Shown: one piece after another, positions 13,988-27,179 of the stretch
How positions within the stretch are numbered: position 1 is the stretch's first letter
Layout of the letters: each line of letters begins with the position of its first letter
From: Bigelowiella natans CCMP2755
Lineage: Eukaryota; Protista; Cercozoa
DNA: 64,000 nucleotides
Assembly: GCA_000320545.1 (NCBI GenBank)
Contig: ADNK01001626.1
Coordinates: 1 to 64,000, forward strand
Direction of reading: 5' to 3'
The notes under the pieces: generated by a model
Told to the model about the DNA's origin: nothing
The model's database searches: none
Seen by the model: the letters and a program-made list of their open reading frames with translations, nothing else
Translations under genes and position numbers: made by a program

Positions 13988-15165
13988 CCATCACCATCAA
14001 AGTAGTAGTACTACTACTATCACTCACTTGCTTCTGTTTAGATTTGTTTGTTGTAGAATTTGCTGCTGCTGCCTGCGCTTTGGTTCTTGCCGCCTCAACA
14101 GGTTGAACAGCATACTGACACACTTCCTGAGGAATGTCCTTGTCGTTTAAAGGTACGGAAATGCTGGAGGGTGCTTTGCCTAGAAACCTGCCTCGCAGAA
14201 TCTGCTTACGCAGTGACTCTGGATCGGTTTCGTCCTAATGAAAATCACACTGATGATGATGACAATGATAATGATAATGATGATGATGATAACACGAACG
14301 CTCGATAACTTCATTTATCAAATATAAATACAAATTAGAGCTGAAGAGACTGAGTGTGGGTGTGTAGGTGTCTCTCTGTGTGTAAGTGTGCGTGTGTAAG
14401 TAAATGGCAAGTTGGAGAAAGCATAAGGACGCAATCAGATAGGAAGTTGTTCATTATATGTCTATATCAAGGCGGCAGCAGCATTATCATGAACCATCAC
14501 TAACCCCAAAGCAAAGTTCAGCTGGGATGTCTTCGAGGATAAACTCCTGCTTGAAGATGTCACCACTAGCAGGTTTATGGTTCCTCATCCTTCTTCTCGC
14601 TCTTTCCTCGTGCACTCGTTGCCACATGGCTGGCTGCTTCCTGTAAAAACATATAGCCGACGGACGATAAGGAGGTGTTGTTATTGTTGTTGTTGTTGCA
14701 CAACAGAAATCAATTTGTCGCATATACGTGATTGATTCTCCTCCTCATCGTTGTTGGGTACTACTAACCTGGAGGATTGCCCCCCGGTCGAAGCATGAAT
14801 CTTGGCTTCCATACCGATATGATCATTATATATATCGTTGTTGTTGTTGTATTCGCCGTGGCCTCTTCTATCATCGTCATCATCGTTAGCAATCCATCTC
14901 ATAGACGCAGCTAGTTTTCCGCCTACAAACCGCATTCCTCCGCCACCTCCTAGTCCTCCTCCTCCTTGCTTCTTCGTTGTCGATAGGGAGCTGGAACCAC
15001 CTGCGGCGGCAGCGGCTGCTGTTTTCGAGGGCGGGAACGAAGGTAAGGGACAACCAAATGCCAAACCGAAACGACCGCCTTTGAGATTACGAGAATCCTG
15101 AGAAAAAGAGAAATGATCAATGTTAGAAGAGGGGGAGAGGGAGGTGGACAGCGAACAATAACATA

Positions 15166-15198
<33 letters not shown>

Positions 15199-16992
15199 TG
15201 TGTGCCGTCCGTTCATGCAGGTGAACAAAAGATGCTGAATGCGTAATGCTAAAACATACATAAAGTACGTTAACTACAACTATTCTACCGGGTCTGGAAG
15301 AGGTAGCTTACACTCAGCCAGTTTGTAACCCGAAAACATCCCTTCTTGCATCACTTCGATACTGATATCCTTTGGCTGACCATGAAGTCGCAATTCTATT
15401 GCTTCGTTAAAGCAGGCGAAAAGTCGAGGCCAACGCCTCTCGATATTTACCTTCGCCAAACAAGTTAACAGCAGCATCAGCATCATCAGTACTAATATTA
15501 TTATCATTATCATCAACATCATAGGCTTATTCGTACTCGCAGTTAGAACACACACAAATTGGCAGTATCATGATTACTGTGTGCGTAAAATCTACTACAG
15601 TGCGATTTGTTCCATCCTCGTTATTATTATTACTAGCTATTGTTCTTGTTAGTACCGGTGTTGTCCTCATGACAGTGCGGCCATTGACTTTGAGCACGAG
15701 GTAGACGCGAGTTTCCGCCTCTTGGCGCCGTCTCCTCCGCTCTGCTTCTGGGCAATCCATTATGGGGGTGAGGGGGAGAACTGCCGTTCTTACAATAGGA
15801 ACGTAAGTAGGCCGTCCAGGCCGCTTACGACATCGACTCATTCGCCCCTCTACCATAGACCGAAAATTAGGCGGGGAGGGGGGAGATCCTGATTTCTTGT
15901 CAGCTTTCGCTGCATTCGTAGTGGACCTGGAATTACTATTTGCCCCCAATGGCAACGACGAGGAGGACGAGTCGTGTTTAAGGGCGAAGAGCTCCTCGCG
16001 GTCTCGCACTTCTTGCTCAAGGTCTCTGACATATTGTGCTTGCTCCTTGGCCTTGGGTACCTGAACCCTGCGCACACGTACTTGGATTGGGTTGCAAATC
16101 ATCTGAGAAACCCTTTCTACTTCCACAGCTACTTGTTCCTGTGCAGCAGCTGCTATACTTGTTGCTGCTGCTTCTGCATTCATTTTCCGATTCTCCTCTT
16201 TCTTGGACTCCTTCGTCGTCCGCACAACTTTGTCCCCTCCATCATCATGGTCATTATCACCTTTTGGAGGAACAAGCGGGGGGGCACCTAAGCAAGATAT
16301 CAAAGAGAATCAGCTGCTATTCTCTTCTCCTCGCTCTGACACTACTTTCTTTTCACTTTAGATTTTGTTGTAGTAACACTAATTTAAGCAAAATTGTGAG
16401 GAGAAGAAGAATCATATGTGATCATGGAAAAGCAATTCTAGCTGCATTTGATGTCAGAAAATATTGTGGAAGTGAGAATAGCAGAAGCTGGTGTGATGAT
16501 GGTAGGGATGTGATGATGAATAACGAAGTTGATGACCAGGAGCTGCAGCAGCTGTTGCTTGAATGGAACCCCTAATAACGCCCTTATCGTCGTTTTCATG
16601 ACTGTCAGAATTTGTCCTTATTATTCGCCTTTGATTGGGGGGAAGACTATGCATCTTCGCAGCTTCTTCTCTCACGATACGTACACGTGCCCAAAGATCG
16701 TAGAGGCGTTTGAAAAGCTGCCTTAGCTCCTGTTCCTCTTTGTCTCGCATCTCTCGGTCTGTGATACTTTGCTCCAGCACGGCTATAAGTTTGGCCCGGA
16801 AATACCGCTCTTTGCCGTGATCGCCCTTGATCTGTGCTGATCTAAACTCCGTTCGGTAGCGAAGTGCAGCATCAGTAAGAGCTCGTATGCGGTCCGCGTG
16901 GAAGCGAACTAAGTCGATAGCGACTCGTGTGTTGTATTCCTGGTACAGCTCGTCTGTACGGATCGCGAGAACATCTTCCTCTCCATACCTTG

Positions 16993-17030
<38 letters not shown>

Positions 17031-17095
17031 CACACGCCACGCAACATACGTATCACAACAAACACACGTACACACACACACACACATAAATATAA

Positions 17096-17143
<48 letters not shown>

Positions 17144-17179
17144 AATCTATTGTGTGTGTGTGTGTGTTATGTGTGGAGT

Positions 17180-17226
<47 letters not shown>

Positions 17227-18900
17227 AATCCATCTTCAGGCATCGTATGTTATTTTTTGTAATTTTGGATCTCACGAAGACGTACACGGGATGATCGTCA
17301 AATTGCACATTCGCCAAGTTGATGTTGAGGCGGAGCATTCTAGCCGCTCGCACCAGAGGAACTGGCCGCCGTCTGACGAGTGCCACCTCAGTCATCGCCT
17401 GGTGGTTGTGACTACGACGACGAGGCCGTTTGTAGTGATGGTGATGATGCCGAATTTCGTTAGCTTCTAAATATTCCGTGGCGTTTACAGGAAGGATGCG
17501 CGATTGGCCGTCAGAGATGGGATAGATTGGCTCCTTAAGCAGAGTACGTGCTGATGAAACTGAATGTTTATCGTCATAATTTATCAGTGTGTGATAATCG
17601 CGTTCCCAGAGACACCGTTGGACCCTTGCAACGCGATTCCGTAAATTGGCCAAAGATACCGGGGGCACAAAAAGCCCGTCGCGCTCCATCATTTGACGAT
17701 CTATTTTGGTACCCAATGCTATAATTTGAGCCTCGTCTTTACAGTCCTTAATTGCTGTTTTTAAGTCTACATTTCCACTACTATCAGACTCACTCAATTT
17801 CGCGGTCAACTGCTCCTTGGACTCAGCCGTGAGCTTGGATTTCTCTTCCTTCGATTGCGTGTTTCTTCCCCCTCCCTGCTTTCCTAGTTTACCGCCGATC
17901 CCCTTTTCCAAATCTACGTCTTTTTTCTCACCAAGCTTCCTGGCCTCCTTTCTGTCGTTGCCATCGTCGCTATCTGTGGCAATTACCCCTTTCCTTTGCT
18001 TGTTGTGTGAAAAATTGGGATAAATCGGAAGATTTATCACAGGGGCAAATAAGCGATCTTCCGAAGCTATTTGTTCATCAAAGGCGACTCGTTTAGGAGG
18101 TTCGACCACTAGGTAGTCTCCATATGCTAGCAAACGATCAAGCTTATTGGTTCTAATTGTCTCTTCGTTCTTGCCGTGGTACTCTTCGTTCTTCTTGTCT
18201 TCCATACTACGATCATCATTGATGTCCACACTCTGCCTGCTGTCAGCTCTAGGTGGTATTTGGATGAAAGGCTTCTGTCTTGGTCTCGGACTCCTTCGTG
18301 GGCTTTCGGGATTATTCCATTTACTATCCTGAGTATTGATGAATAACGGATGGTTATCAATCGTAGCGTAGTAATTTACTTGAGATCTGTAAAACTTATA
18401 TGTTCGCAAAAAGGGATTGGCATGGTGTCATTATTCACCTCCAGGTTCTGTTTGGAGTTGGGTGGCTTCTTCACGAAGATAGAACCCTCTGGCCTCCATG
18501 GGTTTACTTTTAGGTTTAGATGGTCTATTCGTGCCTGTAGACTTGCTAGGGCTTCACTCCAGGGACCACTGGATAAAGATTTAGGACAACCGAGGTTCCC
18601 ATTTTTCTTCTCACCAGTTCCGCTTTCATCTCCCTCCCTAAGAGCGATGAACAAAAATATCAATGTGAATTGTTGTACAGTCCTAAAGTAGTATATTTCA
18701 TCAAAGCTAGTGTGAATGAAGAGTTAACTGACTTTAGCTGTCTCCAACTCCACTTAGACCCTGTGATTCTTTGCATCACGATCTCTGAATTTGTTTCAGG
18801 CCTTAAACTCTCCTCTCCCACCTTCCAAGTGCCTTATCAAGTATCGAGAAACGTATCTCCCGCAATTGTTTAGGATCCCACATCTATATAAAAATATAAA
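10823..18900 (-). CDS. CC2D2A: CC2D2A/MKS6 ciliary transition-zone protein (coiled-coil, C2 domains, transglutaminase-like region); 5' end uncertain (~18800-19260)
   Basis: C2 domain VQIIRGQNIP..IEVSFKGKRRRTSTLSGANPSWNELL (13179-13820); GDDEEHALLLCNYF; NIWANIQ; C-terminal FALAVYIHAYPNQIGSCWVYIATL, matching CC2D2A family motifs. Confidence 0.9.
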
Positions 18901-19487
18901 GAATGAGAAAAGAGTCAGCGTGGGAGTTAAGGTGAAGCACAAAGTTCTGACGAGAGAGGGGGGGAGGCATCTGTGAATCGGTTTTACGACTTTCCGCCAT
19001 ATCTGAGAAAGATTCGTAGGATGTTTTCGGTATATATTCCTTCGTAAGCATATGTCAACCTGAAACTTCGCCAAACGCGGGAAGATGTATGTTTCAAAAA
19101 ATATGAATTTCGAATGGATTTTCCCCTGCAAACATCTAGACATAATATAGTGTAACAGATCTCTTCCTTTCCTCGCTGTGTTAGGAGTGAGAAAGTGGAC
19201 GTTACAACTACTCGTGCTCAAACAAAGGAAACGACATCTAAATGATGGGTTCTGAAACATGAGACATAGAATTGGCTCTGTCGTGAATGTGAAATGGAGA
19301 CATGATTGTTGGTCAGGCCATTTGAGGCGTTGCTTCGTTCACTCATTCATTCATGTCATCACGCCAATGTTGTGCAGCGCGTGAACGTGCAAGGTCAAAG
19401 CACTTGCGCACAAGCATGCAAGGCTGCACAAACGATGAAAGCCTGCACGTGCAACCCCTCTGCCCCAATCAAAGCTAGAAAGGTGAA

Positions 19488-19784
19488 CAGGGATCAGTCA
19501 GTTGTTTCAGTGACCATTCGAAAACGCACGTTTCAAATTGTTTGCAAACAATTTCCACAGGAAGGTGTTTCATGGTTTGCAAACAATTTCCACAGGAAAA
19601 CGTTTGCTGACATGTTTGCAAACATTTTTCTGAGTTCGAAGATTGTTTGAACGAATCGAACATCAGTTTCGCGACACCTGGCTGCTGGGCATTGCCAGAT
19701 TGTTTGTTCAAACCGAACACTTGTTCAGAAAAAACAAAAGTGTTTCCATGTCCAAACCAAAAAAAATGTTTGTGCCCAGCTCTG
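19488..19784. mobile_element. Decayed non-autonomous DNA transposon (hAT/MITE-like) remnant
   Basis: Ends CAGGG.. and ..CTCTG (hAT-like termini); 24-bp direct repeat GTTTGCAAACAATTTCCACAGGAA at 19540 and 19575; palindromes at 19535-19554 and 19612-19625; scattered TGTTYG/CRAACA motifs; no clean TSD. Confidence 0.4.
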
Positions 19785-20581
19785 CTGTGAATGACAGCAA
19801 ACAAAGACACCATTGAAAGTGATGCGAAAAGAGTCAGATACAGAAATGCACCAGTTGCCAATCCACACTCATCACAGCAGCAAAAACAAACATCTCAAAC
19901 ATGAGAACTCATCCAATGAACGTTGCCAATGCCAGTGCTGTGGTTTGGAGGTTTTGGAACTGCACCAAAGGAAGATTCAAAGGCAAACACACCACCAACA
20001 CCAAGATCACCAGGTGGAGCACATGAGCGCCAGTTGTTCCTCCAACGAACAGACAACAACAGGCAGCACAAGAAGTAAAACTGTGCGCATTTTCGTAATT
20101 TTTGCTGCTGATTGTGGACAAGAAATGAAATGTGGGGCATGCTACTGACACTGCGGATCAAATTCACAGCACATCGAACACGTGTACGTAGACACATGTG
20201 AAACAATGCTAGAATGGCATGATGACCCACAATGACGGGAGCCAACGATCAGATGCAACAGGTCACAGGTGTTGTTCATATGACGGTGTGAACGTACATG
20301 ACTGCTGAAATTATCACACACTGTGTGTTCCTTTATTTGGCGTAGCTAAATGTATAACATGCGCGCAAGCAATTCAGTAAAGATAACGGTCAATGCATAT
20401 TCCGATGAAGAGTTTGAAATTGTCGAGTTGTGATAGGTGCATCTCTGAATTCGACATTCACCTCATCGAGGGTGGTAGACCTTCCCCCAGAAACATGACG
20501 CAATTCATTTCATGATCCTCAGTTTTCATCGCCTTTTTGCGGGATCCATATTTTCCATTCTCACAGAGATACTCGCTCCCT

Positions 20582-23465
20582 CTACATTTCCGCATCACCA
20601 CCACCAATATCGGCAAATTCATCCTCGATTTTCTCGGGGGGGTTGAAGAATGGTTCCAAATCGTAGACGTACGTACAAGTTGCGTTGTAGGTAGTGTCGA
20701 TTACAGGTTGGACGTAATCCTGCCAGTATCCCCGACTATGGAGGAAGTTGAAGATGAAAACGCAGAGGAGGGCAAACACAAATGCGTTTAAGACCATCTC
20801 TCCAAAAGAAGTATAGTAGCAATAGTACCATTGGGGAGGATACTCTTCCTCCCATTTTTTCATCTCTAGCTCCTCCTCTTTCTCTAGATCCTCTTTCTCC
20901 TTTTCGTAATCGGCATCTGTCTTGCGATTCTTATCTACCTCAACGCTTATTTGAAAGTCGTAGAAAAAGTCGCACCCGACGTATGAGTCACAGAACGCTT
21001 GGATCTCGTACTTGTATTCTCCTTCCTTTTCGGGAGCTTTGAAACGTAGGCTGGTTTCAACCATATCGTCTAAATCCACGCTTTGTACATCCATGACAAG
21101 CTTGTTATTAGGCGTTTTTGCAGACACCAAGAGGATATACCACTTTTCATACTTCTGGCCAGGGTAGAAGGGTGCAAGAGCTTGTCGTTTTTTCTTCTTT
21201 TCCTTTTTGTTTGACTTCTGTTCCTCAACAATAGCCCACTCATCGATGAGTTCGTCTTCATAATCTGACTCGTCCTCAATTTCCCCTTCAGCTTTTCCTT
21301 CATTGTCCTTGGCACCGCCATTCTTCTCCTTGTCAGCTTCTGGTTTGTTTTTCTCCTCTTTTCCGAGTTTTCCCTCGTCTTTGTTCTCCTCGTACTCACC
21401 CCGGCGAAATAATCTGATATCGACGGTGACGAAGTCGTTCGTGTAGATTTGTTTCTCTCCCTCTACACCGTACTTCCAGTTCATTTCCACTTGCGGGATC
21501 TGGGAGGCGGCCTTCTCGATATCCTTAATATGATCCTCCTCGAATTTCTTAGTAACGGTCGAAAACAAGAAAAAAGTAAGGGCGGGGCAACACACGTCCT
21601 CTTTCAATACACTATGACAAAATCACTTCTTCCTCATTTCATATAATTGTATAAACGCACATGAGCACCGCTACTACTTCTGCGCTATCACTAATACTAG
21701 TACATTGAAGAGCTTCTTCTTCTTCTTCTCCTCCGTCAGATTGAAGTATGAATCCCAGGTGCTGATCCTGTTTTTACCCCCCTTTCGAATAGCCTCAGCA
21801 CACTCGTGAGGCAGCTGTTTAAATACAGACTCGTGTGCCCACATAGCCTGCACCAAGAGCTGATTGAACTTGATCACCGATAAACACGGCATAGCAAAGG
21901 CTGTTTTCCCATATCTCCACGTTGTCCCCAGCATCGCAGGAATCAATGTATCGATTTTCTTCAACATCACATCCAGCTCTTTCCTAAATTCCTCCGGAAT
22001 CTTCACCCTGGATTGGGAAGATAGATGATAGTAAGATGCGATTTCCTACAGATTCAATACTTTCAATGCGTTCAAAATGAATCCCTTTTGTTCACCCATT
22101 ACCTGCGCATGTGTGCTTGCAACAGGAGGCTTCCAAATTCGATACGGGGATGATTTAGGAGGTGTTGTCCTTTTCCGGGAAACTCTACTTTCTTGCCAAA
22201 TTCCTCAACCTCTTTCTTCAATGAATCTCTCAATTTAGCTTTGCTAGGAACGAGTAGCTTATCCAGCATTGGTTCAAACTACGAAGAGAAAAGGATAGTT
22301 CGTGTTATTAATGCTCCAATGTTAATAAAACTGACAGTATGATGCATAAGTTCTACCTCTGCCGAGCTCGCATACAAGGATGTAAACTTGTTCACCATGT
22401 TAATTGACCAGTTTTTGTCGATCATATGGTAGTAGAACTGTATCGACTTGTGCATGATGCCCTCAGGACCCTTTTCCTTCGCGTTCTTCCACCACATGAA
22501 CACGAGGATGGGTGGCACGATGATGATAATTATGAAGTAAACAAAAAGCACTTGGAACTCATTGTTTTTGTCAGTTAGAAACGAGGGTAAGCCAATTGTC
22601 ACTGAGGTGCCTTGGTAACCGTCTGGGTTGCCATACTCCTCCCAGTTCTTCTTTGTCTGTGGATCGGTCAGAGTTTGGTATGCTTTTGAAACGAGGATAA
22701 ACTGTTTCGCGGCCACTTCGTCACCAGGATTCTTGTCGGGGTGGTACTTGAGACTCAGCTTACGATATGCTTTCTTAATATCTCGATCGCTTACTCCCAC
22801 ATCCACTTCCAGAATCTCAAATGGATTGAAGGTTTGGAAACTCTCGCCCTTAGATGATATTGGGACATACACACACACACACACACACGCACGCATACAC
22901 AAATATATACACAAAACGGAAGTTAATACTCGAGGTAAAACCATTCTACCAACCTCATCCTGAGCGGCAATCGACACACTATCACACCACCCACACTTGT
23001 CATTTTCAAGAATAGAAAAAAAAATGTACCGATCCTGGAAGCTTGATGACAATGAGTAGAATAATTGCCCATAGAAGAAAGAATACTATATTAGAGCACC
23101 GGAACAATTTTGGCTTCGAATCATCTTCATCGACTGACTTTCTTTGCTCCTGTGTTATGGGGTATGTTAATTGTATGTTAATTGTTGCTAGGATGTATCC
23201 TGCATTTGTTTACCTGGTAATATCCTCCAACTTCATCCACTTTTTTAACAACCTCTTCGTCATCGTCTTGGCAAATTCCGAATGTGTCACAGAGCTTCGA
23301 CATGGTCCATGGTGTCAGAACCATTGCTATGACCGTGAGGAGGAAGTAATAAAAAGCAGCCTGAAGATTTAGATTAATTATGAGCGAAAATATACACCTG
23401 CAACGAATGCTAATGTAAAACTTCGATGACATCCAACTTACATCATCGAAAACTTCGAATGCCAT
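20582..23465 (-). CDS. SEC63: Translocation protein SEC63 (DnaJ domain + Sec63/Brl domain)
   Basis: MAFEVFDD|AAFYYFLLTV N-terminus; J-domain FNPFEILEV..IKKAYRKLSLKYHPDKNP..KAYQTLTD..NWEEYGNPDG..IGLPSFL; Sec63 motifs APFYP..KYEKWYILL, FKAP, CDSYVGCD. Confidence 0.96.
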
Positions 23466-24142
23466 CCTGCCAGGCCCTCCTTAACACTAATTAAAGCAAA
23501 ATCCTTTTCAATGAATAGTCGGAACAATTTCACCAAATCCTTCAAAAAATGTGTTTAGTTCATAGATCGCAGTGCGAATAATTGTTGTTTTTTTTTTTAA
23601 GGTGATCAAACACAAGATTATTCCTTGACTACTATGTTTCAATTGAACAACCTGGGTCGAGTCGACGGCCGAAGAGGGGTGGGGGTCCGCAGGGTAGGTT
23701 GCAGATAGGATAAAATTCAGATTTAGGGAATATTTCCAATAGAACCACTAAATGCTGATTATGTGAGGAAACATTGAATTTGGCATGTCTCTAGAAGAAA
23801 CTTAACAGCTTTCTCGTGCGAAAGAGAATCTTCTTGGTGAATGTGTGAACTTGGAAGTCCACAATGCGGTACATGCCATCTGCAGTACCGGTTTGACGGG
23901 CTATTTACAAATACACCTGATATGGCCTACAAAATATATGAAATTCTTCTACATTTGTGCTTTTCTGCGATGCCGACAGCTGACAGCTGACGCACGCACT
24001 TGTGAAGTCGTCATTTTTATTTGGAGCTGGAGTAAAATTCGAACAAAAACAATTGAAATTTTCAAATACCCTATCGACACACAACAATAATTACAATATA
24101 TATTTTTCCTCCTCAAATCAAATCGAAAAAGTAGGGAGAAAA
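23466..24142. promoter_or_regulatory. Head-to-head promoter region between SEC63 and the hypothetical gene
   Basis: Divergent flanking genes; microsatellite-free; G-rich box at ~23673-23695. Confidence 0.45.
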
Positions 24143-25177
24143 ATGGTGAAGACAAGGGAAAGCGAGGGTAAGACACACGGATATTGTTGTCCTGGTTGCT
24201 TTTTATCGGGAGAACTTCCCATGAACACCCTGCTGCTGACCCTCAGATCGATCGACGCCATCCAAGAGAACTCGTCGTGAAAAATACTTTGTGGCCACAG
24301 AGAGGGGAAGCAGGTTTATTTTATGATTCCCTTGATGATTTTGCTTTATAGTACACTTTGGTAGGATACTGCGGAAATATCGTGTAACTGCTTACTATCT
24401 AACATCAACATGCAGATGATTTCCAAAGTCCGATGAGTACTTCTTTGGATCAAAATCTGTTCTTCGTCACCGTTGGGAAAGAATATGTTCAGCCAATTCA
24501 AATCACGCAGTTTGGAAAGCAGGTTATGTTTTATTCTATACAACACTTATTTATTCGACAAGGAAAGTCAACACTACGATCATTCTCAATATTAACGACC
24601 TAAGCAGGACGGTATCCCTTCTGATAAGGAAGTAAAGAATGGAATCTTAAAAGTGCGTCAAACATCTTTGTTTAATGGTTACTGAATAGTAACTTTGCAC
24701 TCTGATGTAGATTCTTCCCACTCTAGTCAAAGAGTTCGATGAAAAAAAGGGAAATAAATGGAAAATCGGAAAATTGTTGGTATGTGCGTGCTGATGCCCA
24801 CAAATTTACATTCCTCGTTTGGAATACCTTCGAAAAAATTCAAACATTCTTCGCACCTTTTCTACCCCACATCTTTCCAGTTGCCTTTTTGCCCTTAATT
24901 GAATAAATGTAAGTAGGGCTTCGAAATTGCAACGAGGTTTACGACATCTGAGCCAGCCCATTCTTTAGTAAAAAACTCATTGTTCCTCCCGAAATCTACC
25001 TAACTAACTAACTCACATATAAGGCATTTGAAGGATCACGGCACCAAGGATTTGAATCAAGAAAGATCTCATCGCATACCCTTTACGTAGTTATCGCTCA
25101 AGCTGGTATATTCCTAATAGGGCCACTTTCTATCCTAGCTTCTTTCTCTGTTGCTTTGTGGGCTGTGTGAAGATTAA
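24143..25177 (+). CDS. Small multi-exon hypothetical protein (~130-180 aa); 5' exons uncertain
   Basis: Phase-consistent GT-AG exons give ..FFVTVGKEYVQPIQITQFGKQ|DGIPSDKEVKNGILK|ILPTLVKEF..KLL|GFEIATRFTTSEPAHSL|AFEG..HTLYVVIAQA|D-stop. Confidence 0.6.
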
Positions 25178-26044
25178 TCTCCGACATATATAATTAGGTC
25201 AGCTGAAATTTCTTCAGGGTGAGACAACGTAATACGGCAGACCGAATTATACCCGATCCTTTTCACGGCTCTTCTGAGCCATCTAGCCATGCTCCCTACC
25301 CTCACTACCACATCTAGAAATGTCCGTTTGCAGGGAGGCACTATAGTAAGCAGCATTGCTGAGAGCTAGCGGGACAATGCGCATGTGGTAGTATGCAATT
25401 GTTTTTGTCGGTGTCAGCCACATGCGAGACCCCGTAGCTTGGCATGCGTGACATTACATCTAGCAGACGGAACAGAGGGTCGACAAGCCTGGGGTGTTGT
25501 CTCACCATCCTTTCGTTGTCATGCTACAGCAGTATGATTACATGGCAATGTTTAGATCTACTTATTGTAGTAGGAATCGAACACTTAGCTACGACCATGA
25601 TGATTAAACTAGTCAGCCAATGATCAAAGGCACATACTCTATGTCTAACTAGATATGTATGCGCTTTGCTAGTAGCACTGCTCGCACATGCTTCAATGCG
25701 CCGTATTTTGGCACTTACTCCCAAGCACACGTCGTCGTGCACATAGGACACATAGATATTTTCCAGCGCCGAAAATGAAACAGACCGTGCATTGCAAATG
25801 TCTAGATGTCGCAGAGCTAGAGAGGCAACACTGTCAACTTGCAAGCCGTGACGGTCGGTATCGCAAGCGAAGCAACAATGAGCACATGGACACATGACAG
25901 ATAAGATGAGCATCCACAGTGAGCTCTCAGTTCATTTTGTTTCATGATGATATTATGCAATAACTTGCATATCACATGAAATGACCCAATGTTGAGGTCT
26001 CGGATGGTTCACACATCCTAGCTCTCGACTTAATCTGGTTCATT

Positions 26045-27179
26045 TCAGGTCACTGTTCGAGTTCTACGATGTCGATGCTGCAATTTGAAATGTGTGGCAG
26101 GACGCTTTCGGGAGTAAGTCACCTTGGGACTAGGCTTTTGAGATCTAGAGCCAGCAGATGATGATCTCGATCTCGGAGGCACCCTTGCACTCGCTCCTGG
26201 AGAAGACAGGAAGTTCAATTTGCCCTTTTCGTTTGCGATAGAATCTAGAGCTGGTCGTTTGAGAACATTTGTCGATTCTTCTTTTGGAGGAGAAATTATG
26301 GAATTCTCGTTGAGGTTTTTCACTTTCGAAGGTAAGTTTTGCATTGAAACATCTGGACTTTTACTCACAGGAGTTTTGTCAGTCGTCGATATTTTTGTAA
26401 TTTCTGCAGGCGAAAATGTGAATATTAAAGTTGCCTGATTCGCTGGCGAAATCGTAGCATTTACACTGAGGGCAGGGGATAGGGACGGTGTACAGACTTC
26501 TTTAGGAGTGGGTGGAGATGAAGCAAATGGGGAAAAAACTGTCGAACTTGGAGATAATGACGGATAAAGTACATCTCCTCTTAGTTCTGTTGATAACGAC
26601 AACGAGAGAGAAGAAATAGCTGTGCCGAGAGATACACCATCTTCGGAGAATTCGGATAAGTCGGAAGATGTAAGCGAGGCTGATGCAGTTGCTCCGCTCC
26701 AAACAGAGAACGAATCAGACATGGGTGTAAAAGAAGAGGTTTGTGACTTTGGAGAAGGAGAAACTGGAGTTGTATGTAGCAAAATATTCTTTGCTTTAAC
26801 AGGGTTGCTATCCTTGGAAATCACAGTAGCACTTGACTGCAAGGAAGCTGTTGGATCTATTTTCGCAGCCTTCATAGTCTTTTGGACTAGAATCCAGGTG
26901 AATATTATGCATGTCATCACGACCACGGCAGTAAATTGGCACATCATAAATAGTGTTTCTGCTGGGCTCGCCAAGAAGTACCCCACTGTAATCGCACAAA
27001 TCCAAAATCTTTCCCGGAAGGTAACCTCCAGGATCTGAAACAAAAGTACCTATGAAGGAGAACGGTTAAAATTTTGCCTCATTTGCATACCCTACCTCAT
27101 GAAGCCCATTATTAAAATTTGCCTTGCTTGACTCCTGCTTCTTTATAAGGGAAGGCATCGACTTGCTTAAGTTCCCCAT
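26045..27179 (-). CDS. Hypothetical membrane protein: N-terminal hydrophobic segments, Ser/Pro-rich tail
   Basis: 332-aa ORF 26045-27043 plus an upstream exon MGNLSKSMPSL..GLHE joined by a 46-nt GT-AG intron (27050-27095). Confidence 0.6.

Noticed and set aside
19540-19625. Direct repeats with short spacers resembling CRISPR
   Set aside because: Only two full copies, an 11-bp spacer, eukaryotic context and no cas genes
19813-20245. Overlapping ORFs, including a hydrophobic one, in the spacer
   Set aside because: Cys/His/Met-rich composition follows from TG/CA-rich DNA; no recognisable domain or splice structure. A decayed gene fragment cannot be excluded
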